Assembly (NCBI GenBank): GCA_036785375.1
Contig: JAWMAR010000058.1
Coordinates: 6,820,001 to 6,884,000 of the forward strand
Direction of reading: 5' to 3'
Origin: Leucoraja ocellata
Lineage: Eukaryota
Length of the DNA: 64,000 nucleotides
Under the pieces are notes generated by a model. That model was given only the letters and a program-made list of their open reading frames with translations, did not search any database and had not been told where the DNA came from. This document shows positions 37,175-47,699 of this stretch, piece after piece. Made by a program: the position numbers and the translations under genes. How positions within the stretch are numbered: position 1 is the stretch's first letter; every line of letters begins with the position of its first letter.

Positions 37175-37385
37175 AAATAGACACAAAAAGCTGGAATAAC
37201 TCAGCAAGTCAGACAGCATCTATGGAGAAAAAGAATAGGTGACATTTTGGGTTGAGAAGAAGGGTCTTGACCAAAAAATTCACCTATTCCTTTTCTTTAG
37301 AGATGCTGTCTGACTAGTTGAGTTACTCCAGCTTTTTGTGTCTATCTTTGGTTTAAACCAGCTTCTGCAGTTCCTTCCTACACAA
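37175..37385. mobile_element. Palindromic PLE-derived element
   Basis: Arms ATAGACACAAAAAGCTGGAATAACTCAGC... / ...GTTGAGTTACTCCAGCTTTTTGTGTCTAT, plus full tail CTGCAGTTCCTTCCTACACA. Confidence 0.85.
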
Positions 37386-38439
37386 AAGGGCACTCTGTAT
37401 GCATAGTAATGTTAATGGCAATTGGTGGAGCAGGATCAAAGGCAAACTCCTGTTCTTATGTTCTTCTGGTGCGATGTTCTTCAGTGAAATGTTGTGGAAA
37501 GGCACCTGATGAAAGGGGCAGCACCTGCTACCATCTCCAGCCAAGCTTTGCAGGAGTTATGTCCATGCAGGCTGTCCATTCACGAGGCAGTCTGTGATCA
37601 TAGCTCCAATTATTGAAAATCTCCTGTGACAGATCACACACATACATGCTCACTCTCAGAGCCTTGCCCCAGGACATTCCCAGGTGCTCTCTCAGTAGAG
37701 AGAATACCTTGTTCTGTAAGGCTGTTTGCTTGCCATTTCTAGCCACTCGCTTTAGGTAGTGAGGGGCGAGCGGGTGTTGGTGAATTGAGCTATTTACCAA
37801 TGTGTTCAGTTGGTGGATGGATTTGAGGAAATGGATGCAAGGATCAGAGGAGAAATTGCAGGAAAGTATGTTCACACAGTGGTGGGAGTTTGGTCTCACC
37901 TGGATGATGGGATGGCAGAAGTAGAAGCCCTCTGCACACTTCAAAAGCATCTGGATGAACACAATTTGGTAATGGTATTGGTAATAATTGTCATTGTCAC
38001 GTGGACCGAGATACTGTGAAAAGCTGCATGGTGTCATCTTCAGAAATATGGGACAAGATGTGGGATGCGCTTAAGTTGCTCTTGGTTTCCTTAGCATGGA
38101 TGTGATAGATTGTACGGACAAATGTGGTGCATTATCTTCCTCTACTTATGCTTGGTTATACATTTATACTAGTTTCAACTTCAACATTTGAATGTCGTGC
38201 TGTCCTGCACGGTACCACTTGAATGGGGTTGGGTGGGGTGAGATGATGGGCTGGTTTGGAGCAAAGGGGAAAAGCAAACCATTAAAAAAAAATGTAATCT
38301 TGAAATATCTTTTACTTTGAAACTTCCATCAGTTTGGCATGATTGCACACAGAATAGAGACAGGATCCAGTTGCACACAGAATAGAGACAAGATCCAGTT
38401 CAGGCTAAGAAGGCTGAGGGGTCAATAGATAGAATATTC

Positions 38440-39240
38440 TGCTCATGATCTTATATAGTTCCATCAGCCTACTTCGTTTGCTCCAAGGAATAAAGTCCTA
38501 GCTTGTTCAACCTCTCTACAGCTCAGGCCCTTGAGTCCTGGCAACATTCCCGTAAATTGTCTCTGCACTCTTTCCAACTTAACAACATCCTTCCGATAGC
38601 AGAGTTACCAAAACTGAACATAATACTCCAAATACAACCTTATATTTGCCATACCAACATCTTATACAACAATAACATAACATCCCAACTCATATACTCA
38701 TACCCTGACTGATGGAGATCAATGTATCAAAAGCCTTTTTGACCACGTACATTTGACGCCACCTTCAGGGAACTATGTACCTGCATTCCTAGATCCCTCT
38801 TGCTCTATAACACACCCCAGTGCCCTGCCCATTACTGTGAAGGTACTACCCTGATTTGACCTCCAAAAGTGCCACACTTCACACATATCTTCATTCCTCA
38901 GCCCACTTGCCCAGCTGATCAAGATTCTGCTGTAATTTTTTATAACCATCTTCGCTATCTACGATACCACCCACGTTAATGTCATCTGAAAACGTACTAA
39001 TCGTGCTTTGTATATGCTCATCGAAATTGTTGATATAAACTACACACATCAATGGGCCCGGCACCTATCCCTGAGGCACACCACCAGCCACAGGCCTCCA
39101 GTCTGAAAAATAACCTTCCACTATTACCTTCTGCTTGCTTCCAGCAAGCCAATTCTCTATCCAGTTGGCTCGCTCTCCCTGGATCCCTTTTGATCTAATC
39201 TTCCAGAGCAGCCTGGTCCATATAGACAAATGTCTATGGC
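38440..39240 (-). mobile_element. CR1 RT/3' fragment
   Basis: ATGTCATCTGAAAAC is the reverse of the F.DD motif; typical CR1 ORF2 minus-strand text. Confidence 0.8.
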
Positions 39241-40189
39241 TTTGCCCTCTTCAACATTTTTGGTTCGGAGGGCAACACTCAGCTCCCTACTCCCTGATAT
39301 ATTTCAGCATGTCATTGAACCACTGAAGTCCATTCCCCAAATTATTTTTCAAGAGAAGGGTTAAACGACAACTTCCATTCTGACATTCCTGCTGATGTCG
39401 GATCCCAGATTTAAATCACCCTGATTTATAACTATTGAGTCTGAATACGGTATATATAATTTATAGAGACACAAGAGCTTTCTGCTGCCGAAATCTGAAG
39501 CAACAAAACAATCTGCTAGAGGAACTCAATGGGTCAAGTAGCATCTGTGGAGGGAAATGGACAGTCGACATTGTAATTGATAATCAGGTCTTCACTATTT
39601 CTCTGTACGCAGAATAGCGATTAGTGTTGTGACCTTAACCCTTGCTTTCCCCTTCAGATAGCTTATAGTGAATAGCTTTTGTGAAGGATGAAGTTTGTGG
39701 AGCTGTTGCCATGGTAAATATTTGACATTTATTCATAAAACTTGAGTGGGTTGATAATTTGTGTGCAATTGTCTGGAGTTATTTTTCTGAGTTTTGTTTT
39801 GAATGCTATAACACAGATGTGGTTTGTTTTAATTGCAAGATGCAGATGGAATCCGGAGCTAGTGAGTGTGGGACATAATCAGCGCAAAGAATGGGGGGAA
39901 GATCAGTCAGTCAGGCAACACAAATCTTGAGCTGTCAATCCTCGTGCAAGCTGTGGAGGCCGACATCACCAGAGGGCTTCAGGGCGAGAGCAAGAGATGA
40001 AGTGTTGAATAGTGATCTCAGCATAAAGCAAGTAGAGGGAGGGTCTGAGATTGTGTCTTCGAGTTGTACAGCAGAGAAAAGCACCTCATATTTTACTTGG
40101 GCAGTTTACAACCCAATAGAATAAATATTGATTGCTCTAACTTCAAGTAACCCTTGCATTACCTCTCTCTCCATCCCTCTCTCCCCTGC

Positions 40190-40553
40190 CCTGCGGCCCG
40201 ACTCTGGAGCTTCGGAGGCTCCAGTCACAGGTCCGGTGGACGGTGACATCGGGAGCTCGCGAGTCCCTGGTGGGAGACCCATAACGGCAACTTCTCCCGC
40301 CCGATGGGGGGTTGAAGGCGACCCGGACTTGCTAGCGCCCGCCGGGGGCTTTGACATCGGGAGAGGAATGGAGAGCAGGGGAGAGACAAGACTTTGCCTT
40401 CCATCACAGTGAGGAGGAGATTCACTGTGATGGATGTTTGTGTAAATTGTGTTGGTGTGTATCTTGGGTCTTTTCTTGTTGTATGACTGCAGAAACCACA
40501 TTTCGTTTGAACTTCATTTGAGGTCCAAATGACAATAAATGGAATAGTATTGT
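40190..40553 (+). mobile_element. GC/CpG-rich non-autonomous retroelement with Rex/Babar-like 3' end
   Basis: CpG-rich body; 13-bp hairpin at 40400-40434; ends ATTTCGTTTG..AAATGACAATAAA plus a short tail; interrupts the PLE UTR. Confidence 0.6.
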
Positions 40554-40755
40554 ACTAGTTTCACTGTCGCCCTGCTGACTTTCACTGTTTGTATCCACTC
40601 GTTATCACCTTCTCCACAGCCAACAATGGACCATTGTGGGCTCCACCTTTCCTTGATTATCATTACTGGCTTTGATTTGTACTTTTGCATACCTTTCATT
40701 CATTTTTTCCTTGTACCTTTTTATTATACCGTTTCCCGTTCCCCTGTATCTCAGT

Positions 40756-40783
40756 CTGAAGAAGGATCTCGACCCGAAACGTC
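40756..40783 (+). ncRNA. Minimal hammerhead ribozyme motif (best-preserved plus-strand copy)
   Basis: CTGAAGA-A-GGATCTCGACCC-GAAAC-GTC-ACC: CUGANGA, stem II, GAAA, palindromic ACGU stem III, GUC cleavage triplet. Confidence 0.7.
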
Positions 40784-41329
40784 ACCAATTCCTTTTCTCC
40801 AGAGGTGCTGCCTGACTCGCTGAGTTACTCCAGTTACTGTGTTTATCTTCAGAGAAACAGGCCCTTTGGCTCATAATGTTCATGCTGACATGTTTGCTGA
40901 TCCACACTAATCATATTTGCCTGTATTAGGAATGTGGGAAAGGAAACCTGGAATTTATAACCATCAGAAGTGTCAACCCATTCCAGAAAATAGATCTAAA
41001 AGGTGAAATTTAATGTATTTCACTCCTCACTTTCGGCCGAGCCCTGACTGACAACTTATTAAATTGCCATCGTCTTCAAGACACAATTTCATCTTGTTCC
41101 AAAAGAAGTGATCTTATCGAGTGCCTGATTGTTTCAGCACAGCCTGTCAGTTGTTGACTACAAACGTGAGCACAGCAAGGGGACTCGGTGAACCAGTCTA
41201 GCCAAGCAAACCAAATAAATAGTGAGGACGTATTTGTTGTTGCACCCCACAGTGAAACACTGTGTGAGGCTCCTCAGCCTGTTCCTCCTTGCCTTATCCT
41301 AACTTAAACCCAGGCAAGAACTTGCATGA

Positions 41330-41490
41330 TATAGCACCTTCCAAAGGCTAGAAACAAATTATGCACAGCAAGCTCGCAAAGCAGGGAAGGAAAATGACCG
41401 GATAATCTCCTTTTGGGTATTGTTTGAGGAATGAATAAAGATAACACTCCCCTCCAACTGGTTCTCAAAACAGTTGTCACACGGCCTTCT
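41330..41490 (-). mobile_element. DeuSINE Deu domain
   Basis: AATTATGCACAGCAAGCTCGCAAA..AATGACCGGATAATCT..TTTGAGGAATGAATA is the reverse Deu domain. Confidence 0.65.
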
Positions 41491-41632
41491 CTGTCCATGT
41501 TGCTGGATCGCTGAGTTTTACCTCTCCATCACTTTCTCAAGGAAAGGAGTAGAAATAAAATACTGTCTTTTAAAGTAGGCCATTCGGCCTTTCAAACCAG
41601 GTCTGATCTCTGACAAGGTCATGGCTGATCTT

Positions 41633-41732
41633 GTGTAGGAAGGAACTGCAGATACTGGATTAAATCATCACCCATTTCTTCACTCCAGAGATGCTGCCTG
41701 TCCCGCTGAGTTACTCCAGCATTTTGTGTCTA
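41633..41732. mobile_element. 100-bp inverted PLE-tail insertion with 14-bp TSD
   Basis: TCATGGCTGATCTT at 41619-41632 and 41733-41746. Confidence 0.9.
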
Positions 41733-41944
41733 TCATGGCTGATCTTCCTCCTCAAGAACCATTTTCCTGCTTGATCCCCAAATCCTTTGATTCCTTTAAT
41801 ATCCAGAAATAATGATGTTAGTTTGGGACACAATCAATAACTGAGGCTCCACATCCCCCTTCCAAAGATGACTATCCTTGTGTGAAAAAATGTCTCCTCA
41901 TTTCATCCTTTTACAAGCTAAACCGTGATCCTTGTTCTGGACTT

Positions 41945-42179
41945 GGTTTAGTTAGTTTATTGCCACGTGTCACAGTGAAAAGCTTATTATCACAGAGAAA
42001 ATCTTTTGTTGTGTGTGTGCTAACCAGTCAGCGGAAAGAGAATACATGATTACAATCGAGCCATTTACAATGCAAAGATACATGATAAGGGAATAACGTT
42101 TAGCGATAAGTTAAAGCCAGTAAAGTCTGATCAAAGATAGTCCGAGGGTCATCAGGATAGTAGTAGTTCAGGACTGCTC
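41945..42179 (-). mobile_element. Rex1/Babar 3' UTR fragment
   Basis: Reverse complement of ~22420-22650; TCTGGACTT at 41936-41944 and 42180-42188 (probable TSD). Confidence 0.85.
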
Positions 42180-42464
42180 TCTGGACTTCCCAACAACTAC
42201 ATTGAATGCATTTAATTGAGATAACTTCCCATTCTTCTGTGGAGAATAAAGTCCATGACAACTCAATCTCTCCTCAGATGACAGATCATCCAGCCCTGGA
42301 ACTATTCTAGCTCATCTTTGATACACTCCCTCTAACAGGTATAGCATTTTCGGGTAAGAAGATAAAATACACAATATCCCTGATACAGTCTGGTCAAGAC
42401 CCTGTATCGTTGAGGTAGGAATCCTGTACTCATACCCTCTTGCAATAAAGACTATTATATTGTT

Positions 42465-43028
42465 GCCGCTCGCCTTTTAACCGGAACTCGAAAGAGGGAG
42501 CACATTACCCCAATTTTGGCCTCCCTTCACTGGCTTCCAGTGCACTTTCGAGTTCATTTTAAAATTCTTTTATTTGTTTTTAAATCTTTGAATGGCCTCG
42601 CCCCGCCTTACCTCTCTGAGCTGCTCCACCTATATGCTCCTACCCGGTGCCTCAGGTCAGCGGATCAGCTGCTTCTTGAGGTACCAAGGTCTAAGCGGAA
42701 GCTCAGAGGGGATAGAGCCTTTTCTGTTGCTGCACCGGCACTTTGGAACACCTTGCCGCTGCAGATCAGACAGGCCCCTTCACTGTCCATCTTTAAATCC
42801 TCCCTAAAAACGCATTTTTATTCAATGGCTTTCGACACTGGCTGAGACTTTGTTCCTGTTTTAGTGCTTTTAATGTCTTTTAATTTTTTACTGTTTTTAT
42901 AGTCCTGTCGTTTTAATGGTTTTAGTTTTGTGATAACTTTTTTGTTGATTTCCACTGTACAGCACTTTGTGGTAACTGATGTTGCCTAAAAGTGCTTTAT
43001 AAATAAAGTTATCATTATTATTATTATT
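42465..43028 (+). mobile_element. L2-clade LINE 3' end, well preserved
   Basis: Open frame AARLLTGTRKREHITPILASLHWLPVHFRVHFKILL..LAPPYLSELL..LRS..GDRAFSVAAPALWNTLP..FKSSLKTHFY; CAGCACTTT..AAAGTGCT stem-loop; (ATT)n tail. Confidence 0.92.
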
Positions 43029-44868
43029 GTTTATATTCCCAACTTTCTACTGCTCTGAATATCTGAGAATTTAAAGAAAAAGGGTTTTGGCTCTTTTATC
43101 TTCCAGAACTGACATCATTTACTTAGAATAGTTATGTGGCTGGGGCAACTTATCAGATCTGTGGGATTGTTTCACAGCAGGAGTTAATACATTTAACATA
43201 TTGAAGAAGAAACAATATATTCAGGGTATTGGGCAGTGGATATTTCCAGCTGGACACTGCAAGTGAAGTTACCTATTTCAGGTTGTATTGCTTTACAAGC
43301 TTACACGAGTCTATGCCACTGTTCAAATGTAGGTTGTGGATGTTGTCTTAACACAGTCTAAGGGGGAAACAAGCTCCTTCATTTATCCTTCATTGGCCTT
43401 TGAGCTTCTCCTGGTATTTCACTTCCCTGCCCGGAGCCTCCCACTCACCCTCTCTGAGTTGTTCAGCTTTTGTCACTCGCTGTTATGTGTCTCTCTGATC
43501 CACCACGCCTTTCTTCCTCTTTAATGACTCTTTATTGCTTTTGATTACTGCTCTTCCTCTCCACCCTGCAGCTCCATCCATCCTTTTGGGATCTGGCTAT
43601 GGGCTGGGGTACCACTAGGCAATCATTAACCAGGCTTTTAATGCTCCTTGTGCATTCAGCTGTAGCAACAAAAGACATGTTGTATGTCAATGCTTTTCAG
43701 AAGTGTTCTAGTGTGCTGGCTGGGCAGGACACAATGACAGAAGGGGATGAATCTATGTCTGTGGTAAAGGCTAATGGACCACAGACTGGGAAGTGTCAGG
43801 TTATCAACTTGTGGGTGAGAAGGATGTTGGACTGACTGGAAGATACGGCAGAGGGCTGAGTTAGATTAATCTCCTTTACTTGAATACTTCCCTGCCACTG
43901 GCACCCCTGGTTCCCATCTTGCTATGGATCATTGAAGGCTCTGTTCAAACTAACCATCACTGGCAAGGTATTGGAATGATATTGGTGTCGGTATGTGTTT
44001 AATATACAAGGAGGCATGAATGGAGATCAGAGGATGGGAATTTTCTTTTACAAAAAAGCTGTTGTTGGGAATGAGAGAGCAGCTGGGCCCCACTGCGATC
44101 TGACAAAGAGTTGTACATGGTTCAAAGTGCTTGTACATTATTAACCACTTCAGCGAGGTCTTAATGCCTGCTTCAACATACCATGGATATCGAGAGGGGT
44201 TTTGGATGCAGGATGTGGTGAATCTATCTCATTCAGAAGGTGGTAAGTAAAGAACTGATCAGCTTTCTGTTGGTGAATCCAATGTCCAGGTCCATTACTG
44301 AGCTGCACATATCAGGCAGATCCCCTACCTGAATTAGTTCCGGTAATTAATAGAGGAGGAGGTTCATGTAATGGTGGGGTGGCTGTAACAGTTATGGAGA
44401 GCAACAGATATCCTTTACATGTGGCAAGTCAAAAGTCGAAGACCATTAATATAAATTAGCTTCTAAATCCAGGACCAAGGTGAGGATCAGTGTCTTTACA
44501 CAGAGAGTGGCTTTAATGGTATGGATGAGCAACAGATAAATACATTATGAAGAAAATAAAAAGGACAATATGCTGAGCTGTACAGGAGTGTGAGGAAGCT
44601 TGTGAGAAATGCAATACTGCAGTTGACTAGCTGGGTCAAACAGCCCGTGACCACACCAGGTTCTGGATGATTCTGTGCTGTGGTTCCTGGTCCAGGGGGC
44701 CCTGTACCTGACCCCCAGTTGATAAAGATGAGTTTGCAGATGTTGGCCAAAGACAAGGGGAGATGTTGGAATATGCTGGTGACTTCAGCATCCAAGTAGG
44801 AAGAAATTCCATGAGAAGAGGGAGAAGTGTACAAATACTCAAATCCTGACAACATCAGCATTTTTTAG

Positions 44869-45110
44869 CGGGGGGGGGGGTGGGGGGGTGGGGGGGGGGG
44901 GGGTGAAAAGATAGAGAGAAAGTGAGAAAGGAGGGAGGAAGTAATAGAGGGAAGGGGAGAAAAGGGAGAGAGAGGAGGGACATAGAGGGGAAAAGAGAGG
45001 GAAAGGCAGAAAGGGGGAGGTGGTACAGATCGAGGGAGCGGGAGTAGGGAAAGGAGAAGGAGAGAACAAAAGAGTAGAAGATGGAGACGGGGAGAGAGCG
45101 GGAGAACGAA
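44869..45110. repeat. Poly-G plus GA-rich tract
   Basis: G runs at 44870-44903 followed by a nearly pure purine tract. Confidence 0.85.
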
Positions 45111-45499
45111 TTGGAGAGTTTTTAATGGTATTTCTTTCAAAGCTTCTCCACATAAACTGGTAAAACTGATATTTTCCAGTGCAGGGAAAGATTTAAAAGC
45201 CTGCAGGCAAATGCTTTTAGTGTGAATAATGTTAGCCTTTAGATCACTGCATAAATAGATATGCTCTCAAAGATCCTGCTTTGCACAACAAAGCAAAAAT
45301 TATGGCTTTTCTTTGGGAGATGAAACCTTTTCAGAATCAGCTCAACATTAACTAAAATTGTGACAAATCTCAACTGTTACTCCTCGCCCAGCTTTCTTCA
45401 AATTGTTTAAAAGGTGTAAATAGCGGACAATGTGACTTGCAAACCCCTGAGGAACTGACGAAAGGATGTCTTTTGTAAATCAAACTGTTAAAAATATTG

Positions 45500-45515
45500 A
45501 ACAATGCGCATTGTC
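45500..45515. promoter_or_regulatory. Inverted SOX dimer-type site
   Basis: AACAATGCGCATTGTC, containing the perfect palindrome ACAATGCGCATTGT. Confidence 0.4.
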
Positions 45516-47049
45516 GTTGGACAGGTGACATAGAACTCTTACCTCAGATCCACAGAGCTGGCTGTCTTTTTGAAGAGTTTCCAATCTCACTGAAGTAAGA
45601 CCAAGGCAGGATACTGTTCATCTTCACCTGTAGTAGCAAGAGAGGAAGAGAAACACTGAGTGGTTGTTCAGATGCAAGATCATCATCACTGTCCCCTCTG
45701 CCTTCTAAACTCCACGCTCGTCACAATTTGCTCAGTTCCAACAAAGTGCAAAGGTCCTATTAATCAACTGATAACTAAAGGATTGTCATAGACATCATAC
45801 TTTGGCTGCAACATCAACCTGAGATGCTGCACACCAATTCAAGTGCTTTGGCTAAATCACCCAACATCTACCGCAAGAGGTCCAGGGGTATTTGTTGTAA
45901 GATCTCGACCAATGTTCTTCCCACATGCATTAGAAAGCTTAGGTCAGACGAGATAAAGGAAATTTCAGGACTTTCTCAATGACAACAGCATTTAGAGATC
46001 GCTAACCTTTTAAGATGTCTCTGGAGCATTATTGAATGAAATAAACACTAACATTTTAGAGATTTCAGCCAATAGCTTGGCATAAGAGCCAGCTTCTCAG
46101 GATCTCAAGGGTGTGGAGGGAGCCTGGACATTGCCAGATCTTGGGGCAGAAGCTCAAACGACTGGAAATGGAGATTTAAGAGTGATTTCAGGGCCTATTG
46201 ATACATATGTTTAGGTACTGGTGCGGACTGGAGTGGAGCATGGATCGAGTGGTCTGATGGGAGGTCAGGGTCTGATAACAGGGCTATGGTGGGAGGACTG
46301 GACAAGGATTTGGTGATTGGGCTAGAGAGAGGAGGTGGGGGGGGGGGCAGGGCATGGAATAGAAGGTGTGAGGGTTGGGAGGGGGGGGGGGTTCTGGAAA
46401 TTATGTGATATAAAAGGTGGGGACAAGAGGTGGACATGCATCCGGTGACTTGGTGGAAGGGTTTGGCTGGGATTGGAGGCCTTGGGCATTGGACCAGGTG
46501 ATTTAGTGGAATGATTAGACAGGGGTTGAAAGGTGAAGGGAGGTGACAGGTGGTGTTGGAGAAAGATCATGTGGTGTAATGAGAGGGCCAGGCAGGGTTT
46601 GGAAGGTGTCATGTGTGGGGCTTGGGCATGGATGGGTGGAGTTGGAAGATGCAAGGATTTGCGTTTGAGAGGTGGAGTGGGACACCGAGGGGAGACCCTG
46701 ACAGCATCTGCAGGGAGTTAAGAGCCAAGAGAGTCAAAAGTGTTAAATAATCATATGCACCAGGATTGGATCAATGAAATTCTTAATTGGTGCAGCTTCA
46801 CAAGCACATTAAATGTAACAATGCAACAAATAAATATACAATAAGAAATAATAATCAATTATCAGTTATTTGTTGGATCTGCCTGGTAACTTTTGGTGAT
46901 TCATGTCGGTAATTACCTATGTTCCTCTGACTGTAACTCGTTTGCAGTCCATCTCCATTTAGAGAATGATGTGCCTTTTCATTCCTCTCACCGACAAGTG
47001 TGACCTCGCCTTACTTTCCATTTACTAGATTTTCACATGCAAAGGTACA

Positions 47050-47370
47050 TCAATTATCAGGAACCCAGACCCGGAGAAGAACGGATCTATCGTAGGGTTG
47101 TAGGTTTGAGAACACACTGAGGTACTGGTGGGGTGGATAAGGCCAGAGTTGGGACTTCTTCATGAGAAGTTTAAAAATTAAAGTGTTGCTTAACTGGGAG
47201 CCAATGGAGGTCAGCGGCCACCAGGGTGCTTGAAGTGTTCTTGGCACATGGACAGAGGTAGCTTAGTCAGCCACTGGACTAGGTAGTCCAAGGTCTCAGC
47301 TGAGGCAGGGGTGATATCTGGCAGTGTTATGGATGTGGAAAGAGTATGAGATTACCATGGGGCATGCATG
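47050..47370 (-). mobile_element. Ancient L2 fragment
   Basis: Minus strand CTCCATTGGCTCCCAGTTAAGCAAC encodes LHWLPVKQ. Confidence 0.6.
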
Positions 47371-47531
47371 CAATCCTGAGGGCAGATACAATCCTATGAC
47401 TCATAATTGATCAGCCACAATGTTGCTGAATGGCAGAGCACAGTGGATGAGTAAAATGGCCTACTCCATATACAGGTGTAGCACGGCCAGTTGTAGCTAC
47501 AAAGGGCATTTACAAGACCATTCCCTGAACC

Positions 47532-47699
47532 CATGTGTAGGAAAGAACTGTAGAAACTGGTTTACATCGAAGATAGACTATAGAAATGCTGGAGTAACTC
47601 AGGCAGCGTCTCTGGAGAAAAGGAATCGGTGATGTTTTGGTCGTACTTCGGTCTGAAGAAGGGTCTTGACCTGAAATGCCACCCATTTCCTTCCTTCAA
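47532..47699. mobile_element. Inverted PLE-derived insertion with 13-bp TSD
   Basis: CATTCCCTGAACC at 47519-47531 and 47700-47712; GGT-CTGAAGAAGGGTCTTGACCTGAAATGCC-ACC at ~47650-47683. Confidence 0.9.

Larger units (their letters stand above)
40079..40850 (+). mobile_element. Penelope-like 3' fragment with nested GC-rich element
   Basis: HLIFYLGSLQPNRINIDCSNFK* at ~40082-40150; UTR resumes at ~40555; terminal repeat at ~40750-40850. Confidence 0.85.
41560..42460 (-). mobile_element. Old CR1 3' fragment hosting PLE and Rex insertions
   Basis: AAGTAGGCCATTCGGCC tail; GTGAAAAAATGTCTCCTCAT; CCCTCTTGCAATAAAG. Confidence 0.75.

Noticed and set aside
38343-38398. 28-bp tandem duplication (similar small ones at ~11853 and ~56512)
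   Set aside because: Ordinary slippage or repair duplications
40190-40370. CpG-island promoter
   Set aside because: Short, and lies inside an insertion that interrupts a PLE UTR
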